A DNA stretch of 64,000 nucleotides from Pristiophorus japonicus. Its lineage: Eukaryota. Positions 28,818 through 42,320 of this stretch are shown here, in pieces. Position 1 is the stretch's first letter, and each line of letters starts with the position of its first letter. The position numbers and the translations under genes are program-made. The stretch is from NCBI RefSeq assembly GCF_044704955.1, contig NC_091985.1, forward strand, positions 203,732,001 to 203,796,000, read 5' to 3'. The notes under the pieces are model-generated. The model searched no databases. It had not been told where the DNA came from and saw only the letters and a list, made by a program, of their open reading frames with translations.

Positions 28818-29858
28818 GGGCCCAAGTTTCCACACGATAAAAAACGGGGGCCCCTCCGAGCTGGGCGCCCGTTTTTCGCGCCTAAAACGGTGCCTAAAAA
28901 AAAAATCGCGATTCTGGAGCGTTCTGCAGCTCTTTGTCTGCCTGGCGCGGTGCCCAGGGGGGCGGAGCCTACACTCGCGCCGATTTTGTAAGTGGGAGGG
29001 GGCGGGTACTATTTCAATTAGTTTTTTCCCTGCCGGCAACGCTGTGTGTTGGAGCGTTCGCGCACGCGCAGTGTGAAAAAAACATTGGCACTCGGCCATT
29101 TTTGTAGTTCTTTGTCGCTGTTTAATTTTTGAACATTTTTTTAATAAACGCACATTGCCATCAGCACATCAGCACTTGCAGCCTTCTCACTGCCTCCCCC
29201 CCCACCCGCGGGAAGAACGGGCGCCGCCTCCTCCCCCCCCACGGGAAGAACGGGCGCCTCCTCGCCCCCTGCGGGAAGAACGGGCGCCTCCTCCCCCCGC
29301 CCCCCCGTGGGAAAGAACGGGCGCCTCCTCTCCCCCCCCCCCCCCCCCCTGCGGGAAGAACGGGCGCCTCAGGCTGACTGCAGCATTCTCCGTGCCTTCA
29401 CACAGGTAGGAAGATGGTTTATTTAATCTTTTCTTTGCTTATAAATGTTTATTCAGGTTGGATTTATTTGTATAATATTTGTAGAAGTATAAATAAGGAT
29501 TTATTGTAGAATTTAATGACTTCCCTTCCCCCCCCCACACCTCGTTCTGGATGCCTAATTTGTAACCTGCGCCTGTTTTTTTAATGTGTAGAACAGATTT
29601 TTTCAGTTCTACAAAAATCTTCACTTGCTCCATTCTAACTTAGTTTGGCGTACGTTTTCACTGTGGAAACTTTGAAATCAGGCGTCAGTGGCCGGACATG
29701 CCCCCTTTTGAAGAAAAAAATTCTGTTCCAAAGTAGAACTGTTCTACCTGACTAGAACTGCAGAAAAAAAAATGTGGAGAATTGCGATTTCTAAGATAGT
29801 CCGTTCTCCACCAGTTGCTCCTAAAAATCAGGTGCAAATCATGTGGAAATTTGGGCCC
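28818..29858. mobile_element. Non-autonomous DNA transposon (MITE), probably PIF/Harbinger-type
   Basis: TIRs GGGCCCAAGTTTCCACACGAT / ATCATGTGGAAATTTGGGCCC (19/21), flanks AAT and TAT, no transposase. Superfamily inferred from the GGG terminus only. Confidence 0.8.
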
Positions 29859-29861
29859 TAT

Positions 29862-30860
29862 GAGTGATAAAAGCAACTTGTGAAACAATCCCATTTTTCC
29901 TAATTTAATTTGTGACAAAAAGATGGTCTGAGCATGCGCTAAATACATGCTGCTCCTCCCCTCCCCACACAGTGTTTAAACCGACGGGAAGGGCCCAGGC
30001 GAGCTCCCCTCCTTCAGCTCTGTCAGCGGCTGCCGTTTCCTCTGTGCTCGGCTGATGATCGTTGAACACATCAGGGAGTGCAGATATCCCGGGCCCGAGT
30101 AAGGGAGCAAACAGAAGCCTCCTTCCAGCAGCTCATCGCATTGGGACTGTGTCCACAGATGGGCTTTGTGTCGGGGTAAGTTCAGCGGCAGTCGGGGGCT
30201 GTTTGTAAGGGGCAGAGTGGAGCAGGAACTAGTTGTGGAACATGGAGTGAGTGGTGGAAGGGGGAGGCCATTCTTGGGCTGAGTGTACAGTGTAAGGTAA
30301 CAGAGAAAGTAAATCACCTCGCTCTTTCAAATCAGTGCTGCTTTCTTCCCCCAAATTAGTAGTGAATGTTCCTGATTCAGTTCCAATCTCACAGTGTCTG
30401 TTCTTGGACAGTGAACAGTGGAAACACAGCCTGACTGAGGAGTATCGCAAAGTGTATCTATTGCAGGCAGCGGGGGAGGAGTGTGAAAGGAGACATTTCA
30501 AAAATGGGTTATTTTGTTTCGATGTGTTGAATTCTCCAGAATCCTGTGGCTGGTGATCGAGAGATACATTGTCGCTTGCTCAGATACATCAGCATCTGGT
30601 CACTGTGACATTCTGTTAATGACACAGGCCCTCAACTCGGTTTCAATGGACTGAGAACAATTGTTGTACAGCCCAGGTACCTGTGGTTATATTCCAGGAC
30701 GCGATTCAGAGTTTTACAGGTAGTCCCATGGGAGGACTGTGCCAATCGGGTGTTCCCATTCATGGACCAGTGCTGGGTTTGGGTTGTGTCTGGATGCTGA
30801 TAACTTACAATAGAATCGTCCTACACACCTGGTGTGGGGAATCTGAGTGCCGCTGTAGTT
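29862..30860 (+). repeat. Uncharacterised low-copy module, copy C (truncated by CR1)
   Basis: TGAGCATGCGCT at 29929-29940. Closely colinear with 1-580 and 24915-25780. Confidence 0.8.
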
Positions 30861-30889
30861 CTTGCATCTCTCTGCAAATTTGCTCCCCC

Positions 30890-31700
30890 ATAATGTTGGA
30901 AAGTGTGAGATCATGCACTTTGGCAGGAAAAATCAAAGAGCAAGTTATGATTTAAATGGAGAAAGATTGCAAAGTGCTGCAACAGCGGGACCTGGGGGCA
31001 CTTGTGCATGAAACACAAAAGGTTAATATGTAGGTACAGCAAGTGATCAGGAAAGCCAATGGAATCTTGGCCTTTATTGCAAAGGGGATGGAGTATAAAA
31101 GCAGGGAAGCCTTGCTACAGTTGTACAGAGTATTGGTGAGGCCACACCTAGAATACTGCGTGCAGTTTTGGCTTCCATATTTACAAAAGGATATACTTGC
31201 TTTGGAGGCAGTTCAGAGAAGGTTCACAAGGTTGATTCTGGAGAAGAGGGGGTTGACTTATGAGGAAAGGTTGAGTAGGTTGGGCCTCTACTCATTGGAG
31301 TTCAGAAGAATGAGAGGTGATCTTATCGAAACATATAAAATTATGAGGGAGCTTGACAAGGTGGATGCAGAGAGGATGTTTCCACTGATAGGGGAGACTA
31401 GAACTAGAGGGAATAATCTTAGAATAAGGGGCTGCCCATTTAAACCTGAGATGAGGAGAAATTTCTTCTCAGAGGGTTGTGGATCTGTGGAATTCTCTGC
31501 CTCAGAGAGCTGTGGAAGCTGGGGCATTGAATAAATTTAAGACAGAAATAGACAGTTTCTTAAATGTTAAGGGGTTATGGAGAACGGGCAGGGAAGTGGA
31601 CCCGAGTCCTTGATCAGATCAGCCATGTTTGTATTAAATGGCGGAGCAGGTTCGAGGGGCCCTATGGCCTATTCCTGCTCCTATTTCTTCTGTTTTTATA
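30890..31700 (+). mobile_element. CR1 LINE 3' fragment
   Basis: ORF 31043-31534: LVRPHLEYCVQFW, LYSLEFRRMRGDLIETYK. Confidence 0.92.
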
Positions 31701-31849
31701 AACCTTAGAATCATAGAAAAATGACGACACAGAATGGGGCTATCTGTCCCATCATGTCCGTGCTGGTGTACATCATGTCCCATATTTTTCCCTCTAGTTG
31801 GTGGCCTTTACAATACATCTATTGTGTAACCTCTATTATTTCTTAACCA

Positions 31850-33080
31850 TAGCCATATAGATTCTGTCCTTGACCCCTCCAGGACATCCTCTCTCTCCAG
31901 CATTGTAACATTCTCCTTAACCAATACTGCCACATCACCTCCTATCTGTCCTTCCCTATCTTTCCTGAACTCCTATATCCAGGAATATTTAATACCCAAT
32001 CCTGCCCTTTTTGAGCCAGGTCTCTGTTATTGCCATGACATCATATTCCCTGCAGCTCACCAGCCTTGTTTACTATGCTTCATGTGTTTACATACATACA
32101 CCATAAACCCATCTTCGACCATTCTGTGTTCTCTCTTAGTCTGACCCCACCTAATACCTTACTATTTCTTGCTTTGGTGCTATCCGTCTCTCCCAATCCT
32201 TTGTGCCCTTTGTTTTTCCTTTATAATTTTACATTCTGGTGTCCATCCTCCTGCCAACTTAGTTTAAACCCTCCCCAATAGCACTACCAAACCTCCCCGC
32301 AGGGATATTGGTGCCGGCTCTGTTGAGGTGCAACCCGTCCGGCCTGTACAGGTCCCACCTCCCACATAAACGGTCCTAATGCCCCAGGAATCTGAAGCAT
32401 CTCTCCAGCCATGCATTCATCTGCTCTATCCTACTATTTCTATACTCGCTCGCGCATGGCACCGGGAGTAATCTGGAGATTACTACTTTTGAGGTCCTGC
32501 TTTTTAATCTCTTTCCTAACTCCCTATAATGCCTGCAGGATCTCATCCAGTTTCTACCTCTGTCGTTGGTACCAACTTGGACCACGACCTCTGGCTATTC
32601 ACCCTCCCTCCTCACAATGTTCTGCAACCATTCAGTGACATACTTAACCCTAACACCAGGGAGGCAACATACCATCCTGGAGTCACATCTGTGGCCGCAG
32701 AAATACCTGTCTGCTCCCCTGACTATCGAAGTCCCTACCACTATTGCTTTTCCTATCTTCCTCCTTCCTCCTTCCCCCACTGTACAGCTGAGCCACTCGT
32801 GGTGACATGGATTTGGCCCTGGCTATATTCCTCGCCCTCACCAGTACTCAGAACGGAATACTGGTTGGAGAGCGAGATGCAGTAGTGTTTTATATAGATT
32901 TAGCATCAATTCCTGGCTTTGTTAACCTGTCCTGCCACCTCCCAAGAATTTTGCACAGGCATCCCCAGATCTCTCTCTTCTTCCATTCTGTTAACATTGT
33001 ACCATTTGGAATGTATTGTCTCTCATTCTTCCCACCAAAATGGACCACCTCAGACTTCTCTATATTGAATTTTATCTGCA
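31850..33080 (-). mobile_element. Degenerate CR1 ORF1/APE and RT fragments
   Basis: AIVVGTSIVRG..DSRMVCCLPG, VVISRLLPVP, QIKFNIEKSEVVHFG. Confidence 0.8.
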
Positions 33081-33090
33081 CTCCTTTTAC

Positions 33091-34990
33091 AGGGTTTTAG
33101 AAGAGGAGCATTTACCGACTGTAAACTCAAAACAAACATCACGTCAAGATCTGACAGAGTCACACGATTCATCAGGACCTAATTCAATCGGTCCTCGAAT
33201 CATCTGGCATATTAGCGAGTTCACACTCATGACAGACCTTTTAAATCTGAGTGTGGGAAGACCTTCAAAATCTACAAGTACCCAAAGAGACACCAGCGCC
33301 GAGACACTGGGGGAGCCTATTCACCTGCCTGTGTGAGGGACGGGATTCACTCGATCACCGCTGCGATTAACACCAGTGAATTTGCAGTAGGGAGGGACCG
33401 TTAACCCGCTCCATTAGTGGGAAGGGATTAATTGCACCATCCGTGCTGCTGAGACACCAGCATGTCCACTCTGATGAGGGTCGGTTGACCTGCTTCGTGT
33501 TTTTGAAGCGATTCACTTATTCTTCCACCCTCCTGAGACACCAGTTTATGCACAGTGATGAGAAACCAATTAAATGGTCTGACTTTGGAACGAGATTTAA
33601 AAGTTCCCAGGATCTGAAGGGACATCAGCTGGAGAGAATAGGAGAGATTCTGTTCACCTGCTCCGTGTGCGGGAAGGAGTTCATTCAGTCATCCCACCTG
33701 CTGAGGCACCAGTGAGTTCATGGGGGGGACATGCTGGTGAAACATTCTGACTGTGGGAAAAGCTTTAAAAGGTCTCAGGAGCTGAAGCAATTCCAGCTGG
33801 AGGGAGCTGGACAGAGACCGTTCACCTGCTCCATGTGTGGGAAGGGATTCAAACAGTCATCCAGCCTGCTGACACACCAGAATGTTCACACTGACGAGAG
33901 ACCATTTAAATGTTCTGACTGTGTGAAGAGCTTTAAAAGCTTCGGGAACCTGCTGACACACCAGCGTGCTCACACTGGGGAGAGGCCATTCACCTGCTCC
34001 GTGTGTGAGAAGAGATTCAGTCTCTCCTCCACCCTGCTGACACACCAGCGTGCTCACACTGGGGAGAGGCCATTCACCTGCTCTGTGTGTGAGAAGAGAT
34101 TCAGTCTCTCCTCCACCCTGCTGACACACCAGCGTGCTCACACTGGGGAGAGGCCGTTCACCTGCTCCGTGTGTGAGAAGAGATTCAGTCTCTCCTCCAC
34201 CCTGCTGACACACCAGCGTGCTCACACTGGGGAAAGGCCGTTCACCTGCTTCGTGTGTGAGAAGAGATTCACTCGGACATCCCACCTGATGACACACCGG
34301 CGAACTCATACTGATAAGAGACCATTTACATGTTCTGACTGTGGGAAGAGCTTTAAAAGCTCTGGGGATCTGAAGGGACACCAGCGAGTTCACACTGATG
34401 AGGGGCCGTTCACATGTTCTGTTTGTGGGGAGAGCTTTAAAAGCTCCGGGAATCTGAAAGGACACCAGCTTGTTCACACCGATGAGAGACCTTTTAAATG
34501 TTCTGACTGTGGGAAGAGCTTTAAAAGCTTCGGGAATCTGATGGCACACAAGCGTGATCACAGTGGGGACAGACTATTTCACTGCTCCGTGTGTGGGAAG
34601 GGATTTACTCGATCCTCGACTCTGCTGACACACCAGCGAGTTCACACTGAGGAGAGGCCGTTCACCTGCTCTGTGTGTGGGAAGAGCTTCACTCAGTCCT
34701 CGACTCTGCTGACAGACCAGCGAGTTCACACTGGGGAGAGGCCGTTCATCTGCTCTGTGTGTGGGAAGTGATTCACTCGGCTGACCCACCTGCGGACACA
34801 CCAGTGAGTTCACACTGGGAACAGGCCAGTGAAACGTTCGGGCATTGGGAAACAAGTTTAAACGGTCCCAGGAGCTGAAGAGACACCAGCTGGAGAGAGC
34901 GGGAAAGAGACTGTTCACCTGCTCTGTGTGTGAGAAAGAATTCCCTCGGTCCTTGACTCTGCTGACACACCAGCGAGTTCACACTGTTCT
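33091..34990 (+). pseudogene. C2H2 zinc-finger array gene, disrupted at both ends; residual 346-aa ORF 33731-34771 with 10 intact fingers
   Basis: TGERPF linkers and CxxC-x12-HxxxH repeats, splice acceptor TTTTACAG at ~33090, stops at ~33334, 33713 and 34769. No KRAB seen. Confidence 0.85.
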
Positions 34991-36389
34991 GTAACACAGG
35001 GCCCTGCAGAAAGCTGGGCCCACATGAACATGGAACGGATGAATGTTTTATAAATTCTTGTACTGCTGATAATCTTTCAAACTGTTGTGCTGATAATTCC
35101 CTTTATTTGACTTTTCATGCTATTACATAGAATATACAGCACAGAAACAGGCCATTCGGCCCAACCAGTCTATACTGGTGTTTATGCTCCATTCGAACCT
35201 CTTTTGACCCTACTTTAATTAACCCGATGAAAATAACTTTGTATAGCTTTGTCCCTTGTGTTTATCTGGCTTCCCCTTAAATGCATCTGTGCTATTCACC
35301 TCAACGACTCTTTGTGGTAGTGAGTTCCACATTCTAACCACTCTCTGAGTAAAGAAGTTTCTCCTGAGTTTCCTCCTGGATTTATTAGTGACTATCTTAT
35401 ATTTATGGCACCAGAAATATGTTGAGCTTCTGTTAAGCTGAGCAGTATGTCGTTGTGCTTTACTTGTTCTGATGATATTAAATAAATGAAGTTATCGGAG
35501 CTGCAAGATAATTGCAGCTTTGGATTAGCAACCAACAGTATAAACAACTTAGCACTGTGTTCCTTCATGGTAATACTTCACGTTAACAAGTTCTGAAACT
35601 ATTTATAGGGATGAGAAAACAAGAGACGTAAAACACTTCAAATATCTGACCCATGATTACAAACGCAGAGGTTAATTATCGCCACTAATTTTCACTTTAA
35701 AAAAAAAAAAGTATGAGCAGGTCCTCTCATTTTAAAACAAAGTTTAAAAAAAAACAGTTGGAGTGAGTTAAGTATCAAAGCTTTAACTACAGCTAACAAG
35801 CTCATTTTTTCTTGTTGAGAAATTAATGGTTTGAGATACACAGGAACAAAGGATGGTTAAAAACATTAGAAAGCAAAATAAATCAGGAAGTAATTGGTGC
35901 CACCGAGCTTGGGTTTTTTAAAGCCTGGTTGTAAGAGGAAGCTAATGGTTTGAAGTTGTGGAAAGTAATGAGAGTTAGGTCAGGACACTGTGATAGGAGC
36001 ATTGATTACAACACAATGATATAACCCAGCTGTGTACAGTCCTCAGTTCAACATAGTCATATCTCCCAGAAACCTTGCTTTTTCCTAGAATATAGGGGGC
36101 ACAGTTCTGATCCACATTAGTGCCAATATCAAGTAAATAAAAACATTGAGCTACAGATTAGCGTGTTTAAATGTTCAAAGGATTCGATAGGTTAGATATG
36201 GAGAAACTATTTTATCATGAAGGGAAATAATCTTAAAATTAGAGCTAGGCCATTTAGGAGGGAAATCAGGAAACACTTTTTCATATAAAAGGCTGTAAAA
36301 AAAACTGGAATTATCTCCCCAAAAGGCTGTGAATGCTGGGATAATTGGAGCTTTCAAGACTGAGATCGATAATATTGTTAGTTAATGGT

Positions 36390-36662
36390 ATCCAGGGATA
36401 TAGAGATAGAGATGGGTCCTGTGGAAGGATCCAGTGATATAGAGATAGAGAGGGGCCCTGTGGAAGGATCCAGGGATATAGAGATAGAGAGGGGTCCTGT
36501 GGAAAGATCCATGGATATAGAGATAGAGAGGGACCCTGTGGAAAGATTCAGGGATATAGAGATAGAGAGGGGCCCTGTGGAAGGATCCAGGGATATAGAG
36601 ATAGAGAGGGGCCCTGTGGAAGGATCCAGGGATATAGAGATAGAGAGGGGCCCTGTGGAAGG
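36390..36662. repeat. 39-bp minisatellite x7 (ATCCAGGGATATAGAGATAGAGAGGGGCCCTGTGGAAGG)
   Basis: Exact period of 39. Begins inside a decayed CR1 3' end (36170-36400). Confidence 0.92.
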
Positions 36663-37334
36663 AGGGAGGAAGGAGGACAGTAGGAGTATGTTTGAGATTG
36701 TGTGTATGTATTGGCACATGTGGCAGAGCCTGGTCTCCAGTTGTCTTGGATCCCCTTACCACTGGACCAAGACCTTGCTCCGTCCAGTCCGTGTGGTGGC
36801 TGGTGTGCAACGGCCAGCTCACATTAAAATAATTCAGGCACAGGCATTTTAAAATGTTTAAACCGTTTAAAATGAGTTCATTGGTCACCTGGGTGCTCAT
36901 CTTTGGTCTGGAAGCAAGTCATCATCGACCCCGAGGGACTGCTTATGATGATGATTTTCTGAGGAATGAAACATTACTGAGCCCCATGTTATGGGATGAA
37001 GTGCTAGACAAGTAAAGGCCCAGTGTCTGGGTGTGAATCTAATAATAACCTCAGGGACCGTATAGGTGCGATAACCAGACGGGCTTGTGGTTATAGTCTG
37101 GTCACAGATGGACAAAACTCCCGGAATTAACAGGAGTTCAGGAGACGGTCAATGGATAGGTCCAAACAATCCCATTCCCTGAATTTAAGTCATTGTCAGT
37201 TGGAACAGACTCCAGAAGATCGCCTGTGAAGCCACTGTACTTCTATTCTGCAGACTGAGGGAATTATCACAATCTATGTTCTTGTAAGCTTGATTACCTG
37301 ATGTCCAAAACCCTTGGACCCTGGATCATTCAAG

Positions 37335-37485
37335 TCAACCTCAGTGTGTGGAAAGGGATTCACTGGGGTATCTCACCTGCTGACACACCAGAATTTCCAC
37401 ATCATGACTGCAGTGGTTCAATTGCATTATTTCCAGTGCTTTTAAACACATCCAGGACTGAACACATTCAGGCAACTGGGGCTTG
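37335..37485 (+). pseudogene. Terminal zinc-finger plus 3' UTR fragment
   Basis: CAGTGTGTGGAAAGGGATTCACT...CACCTGCTGACACACCAG, followed by a 3' UTR like those at 43860 and 49450. Confidence 0.65.
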
Positions 37486-38084
37486 TTAATGTTAAGAGTC
37501 CCCAATAAGTGGGCTGGATTTAAAGATTCTTCCATGTTCTCTCCGTGCTAGTGTGCAGAGAGGAGCTGATGTTACAGAATCAGAGCACAGTAGGATGCCT
37601 TTCGGCCCATCATGCTAATGCCAGCTCTCTGAAAGAGCTACGCAATTAGTCCCGCTCCCCTGCTCTTTCCCCACAGCCCCGCAAATTTCTGCTTTCAACT
37701 ATATATCCAATTTCCTTTTGAAAGTTAATATTGAATCTGCTTCTGCCAACCATTCAGGCAGTGCATTCCAAAACATAAAAACTCACTGCGTAAAAACTGT
37801 CTCTTCATTCCCCCTCTGGATTCTTTTGCCAATTATCTAAAATCTGTGTCTTCTCATTACCAGCCATCCTTCCACTGACAATATTTTCTCCTTGTTTGCT
37901 CTTTAAAAAAAAAAGCACCTCTATCACATCTCCACTTAACCGTCTCTGCTCCAAGATACATTGCCATTGTTCTGTGAATTCCTACAGCCTGAGGAATGGG
38001 ACATGCTATCTTTGTGAGCAACGAGTGTCAGCATCCAGCAATCTCTGGTCAGGGACTGTTTTTTTTAAACTTCCTCATGATCAT

Positions 38085-39265
38085 TGTATAGAAATTTACG
38101 GCACGGAAGGAGGCCATTCAGCCCATCATGTCCGTGCCGGCCGACAAGCAGTTATCCAGCCTAATCCCACTTTCCAGCTCTTGGTCCATATTACTGCACT
38201 TCAAGTGCACATCCAAGTACTATTTAGAAGTGGAGAGGGTTTCTGCCTCTACCACCCTTTCAGGCAGTGAGTTCCAGACCCCCACCATCCTCTGGGTGAA
38301 AACACTTCCCCTCAAAACTCCTCTAAACCTCCTACCAATTACTTTAAATCTATGCCCCCTGGTTGTTGACCCCTCTGCTAAGGGAAATAGGTCCTTCCTA
38401 TCCACTCTATCTAGGCCCCTCATAATTTTATACACCTCAATAAGGTCTCCCCTCAGCCTCCTCTGGTCCAAAGAAAACAACCCCAGCCTATCCAATCTTT
38501 CCTCGTAGCTAAAATTCTGCAGTCCAGGCAACATCCTCAGAAATCTCCTCTGTACCCTATCTAGTGCAATCACATCGTTCCTGTAATGTGGTGACCAGAA
38601 CTGCACACAGTACTCTAGCTGTGGCCTAACTAGTATTTTATACAGTTCAAGTGTAACCTCCCTGGCTCTTGTATGCTACCTTGGCTAATAAAAGCAAGTA
38701 CCCTGTATGCCTTATCTATCTGTCCTGCTACCTTCAGGGATTTGTGGACATGCCCTCCAAAGTCCCTCTACGCTTCTCAGTGTCCTACCATTTATTATGT
38801 ATTTCCTTGCCTTGTTAGCCTTCCCCAAATGCATCACCTCACACTTCTCTGGATTGAATTCCATTTGCCACTATTCTGCCCACCTGACCAGTCCATTGAT
38901 ACCTTCCTGCAGTCTACAACGCTCTTTTTCATTATCAACCACACAGCCAATTTTTTGTATCATCTGCAAACTTCTTAATCATACCCCCTACATTCAATTC
39001 TAAATCATTGATATATACCACAAAAAGCAAGGTTCCAGTACTGAGCTTTGCGGAACCCCACTGGAAACAGCCTTCCAGTCACAAAAACACCCATCAATCA
39101 TTACCCTCTGCTTCCTGCCTCTGAGCCAATTTTGGATCCAACTTGACACTTTGCCCTGGATCTGACGAGCTTTTACTTCCATGACCAGTCAGCCATGTGG
39201 GACCTTATCAAAAGCCTTGCTGAAATCTACATAGACTACATCAAATGTACTGCACTCATTGACCC
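38085..39265 (-). mobile_element. CR1 LINE 3' fragment
   Basis: ORFs QFWSPHYR..LGLFSLDQRRLRGDLIEVYK and GVPQSSVL. Confidence 0.9.
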
Positions 39266-39339
39266 TGTCTCTGTCTCTGTCTTGTGTTTAATTCCAGGAA
39301 CACTATTCCAGAGTCATTCTGGAATGTAAAAATAAACTC

Positions 39340-42320
39340 CGGCTTCTATTGTCCATGGCTAACCATCTTCTTAAACCACTCTCCTCAGTCTCCACCCTCT
39401 CCTCCGACAATGTGAGAGGAGCTCATGGCCTTCTTTGTCTCAAAGATTGAGACCATCCGTTCAGCCGCCTCTGCCACTTCCCTTCCTCCCCCTAGCCCAC
39501 TGGGCCAAACTTCCTCTGAACTTCCCTCCTACCCTAGCCCTAAACTCATATCTTTTTCTAGTTTCTCTCCAATTTCCCCTCATGACTTCTCCACGCTCAT
39601 CTTGTCCATGAGACCCACTTCCTGCTGCCTCGACCCTATTCCCACCAATATGCTGACTACCCAACTTCCTTTTCTGGCTCCCATGTCCGCTGCCATTGTT
39701 AATGGTTCTCTCCCCTCACGTACAGTCCCCTTTTCCCTCACATCTGTCATCACCCCGCTCCACAAAAAAACAACCCTTGACTCCTCCATTCTTGCAAACT
39801 ACCACCCCATCTCCAACCTTCCATTCCTCTCCAAAGATCGTCAACATGTTGTCACCTCCCAAACCATTCCCATCTTTCCCGCAACTCCATGTTTGAATCC
39901 ATCAAATTAGGTTTCCAACCCTGTCATAGTACTGAAACAGCTCTCATCAAAGTCACAACTGACATTGTTTGTGACTGTGACTAAGGTAAACTATCCCTTC
40001 TCATCCTTCTTGACTTGTCTGCAGCCTTTGATACGGTTGACCACTGCATCCTCCTCCAATGCCTCTCCACCATCATCCTGCTGGGTGGGTGTGCACTCGC
40101 CTGGTTCCATTCTTATCTAATTGTAGCCAGAGAATCACCTGCAATGGCTTCTCTTCAGAGTCAGGTGACAAGTAGCAGAATGGATAGCTCGCTGGCTTCA
40201 AGACAGAAAGCAGAGAGTAGGGGTAAAGGGTAGCTATCCACAGTGGGAGAAGGTGGGCAGTGGTGTTACACAAGGATCAGTGCTGGGACCACATGTTCGC
40301 AATTTACATTAACAATTTAGACTTTGGAATCAAAAACACAATTTCTAAATTTGCGGATGACACCAAATTGGGAGCAATAGTCAATACTGGGGATGCCTGC
40401 AACAAATTAGAGGAGGACATTAATAAACTTGCAGAATGGGAATATAATTGGTAAATGTAGTTCAACACAGATAACTGTGAGGTATTACATTTTGGTGGGA
40501 AGAATAGGGAGGTCACTTATTACTGGAAGGGAGCGAGTCTGGGTGAGGTAGAGGAACAAAGAGATCTCAGAGTACAAATACACCAATCACTAAAAGTTAC
40601 GACACAGGTTAGCAAGGCCATAAAAAGGCAAACTGAGCACTCGGGTTTATTTCTAGAGGTATAGAGTTGAAATGTAGGGAAGTTATGCTGAACCTGTTTT
40701 GAACCTTGGTCAGACCACACTTAGCATACTGTATACAGTTCTGGTCACCATATAAAAAGGATATAGAGGCATTGGAGAGGGTGCAGAAAAGATTTACAAG
40801 GATGATACAAGAAATGTGAGGGTATACATATCAGGAAAGGATGAACAGGCTGGGTCTCTTTTCTATTGAAAAAGGCCAAGGAGTGACCTAATAGAGGTCT
40901 TTTAAATTATGAAAGGTTTTGATAGAGTGGATAGAGAGAGAATGTTTCTACTACTGGGGAAGAGCATAACTAGAGGCTATCAATATAAGATAGTCAACAA
41001 GAAATCCAATAGGGAATTCAGAAGAAACTTCTTTACCCAAAGAATGATGAGAATGTGGAACTCACTACCACAGGGAGTGGTTGAAGTGAATAGTATAGAT
41101 ACATTTAAGGAGAGACGAGACAAGCATATGAGGGAGAAGGGAATCGAGGGTTATGCAGATAGATTTAGATGAGGAAAGATGGGAGGATTCTCGAGTGGAG
41201 CATTAACGCTGCCGGGTCTAGTGGGGCCAAATGACCTGCTTCTGTGTCGTATATCCGATGTAATCCTATGTAATTCCTGCTCCCGCATCGTTACCTATGG
41301 TGTCCCCCAAGGATCTATCCTTGGCCCCCTAATTCTCATTTATATACTGCCCCTTGGTGATATTATCCAAAACCAAAGCAACAGTTTCCATATGTACACT
41401 GATGACATCCAGCTCTACCTCACTACCACTTCTCTCAATCCCTCCATGGCCTCTAAATTGGCAGATTGCTTGTCCTGGATGAGCACAAATTTTCTCCAAT
41501 TAAATATTGGGAAGACCAAAGCCATTGTTTTCGGTCCCCGTCACAAACTCCGTTCCCTAGCCACTGACTCCATCCCTCTCCCTGGCATCTGTCTGAGGCT
41601 GAACCACACTGTTCGCAACCTTGGTGCCATACTTATCCCCGAAATGAGCTTCCGACCACATATCCGCAGTCTAACTAGGACCGCCTATTTCCATCTCTGT
41701 AACATCGCCCGTCTCCGCCTTCTTCAGCTCATCCGCTGCTGAAACCTACATGCATGCTTTTGGTACCTCAGGACTTGACTATTCCAATTCACTCTTGGCT
41801 GGCCTCCCACTTTCTACCCAACGTAAACTTGTGGTCATCCAAAACTCGGCTGCCCATGTCCGAACTCGCACCAAGTCCCATTCACCTATCTCCCCTGTGC
41901 TCGCTGACCGACATTGGCTTCCGGTTAAACAACACCTTGATTTCAAAATTCTCCTCATTTTCAAATCTCTCCATGGCCTCGCCCCTCCCTATCTTTGTAA
42001 TCTCCTCCAGCCCCACAACCTCCTGAGATGTCTCTGCTCCTCTAATTCTGCCCTTTTGAGCATCCCTGATTATAATCACTCAACCATTGGTGGCCGTGCC
42101 TTCAGCTGCCTGGGCCCTAAGCTCTGGAACTCCCTCCCTAAACTTCTGCTTCTCTACCTCTCTTTCCTGCTTTAAGATGCTTCTTAAAACCTACATCAAA
42201 TATCCTAATTTCTCCTTGTGTGGCTCAGTGTCAAATTGTTTGTGTTGCAATACTCCTGTAAAATGCCTTGGGACAATTTATTACATTGAAGGCACTATAT
42301 AAATACAAGTTGTTGTTGTT
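39340..42320 (+). mobile_element. L2-clade LINE remnant with a nested CR1 fragment (~40158-41265)
   Basis: [50 protein letters not shown] and HWLPV motifs. L2-type tail AAGGCACTATATAAATACAAG(TTG)n. Confidence 0.88.

Noticed and set aside
36705-36955. Repeat-like segment ending in (GAT)n, possibly an RTE-related SINE/LINE tail
   Set aside because: Single copy in the window with no diagnostic coding motif, so the family cannot be supported without a database search.
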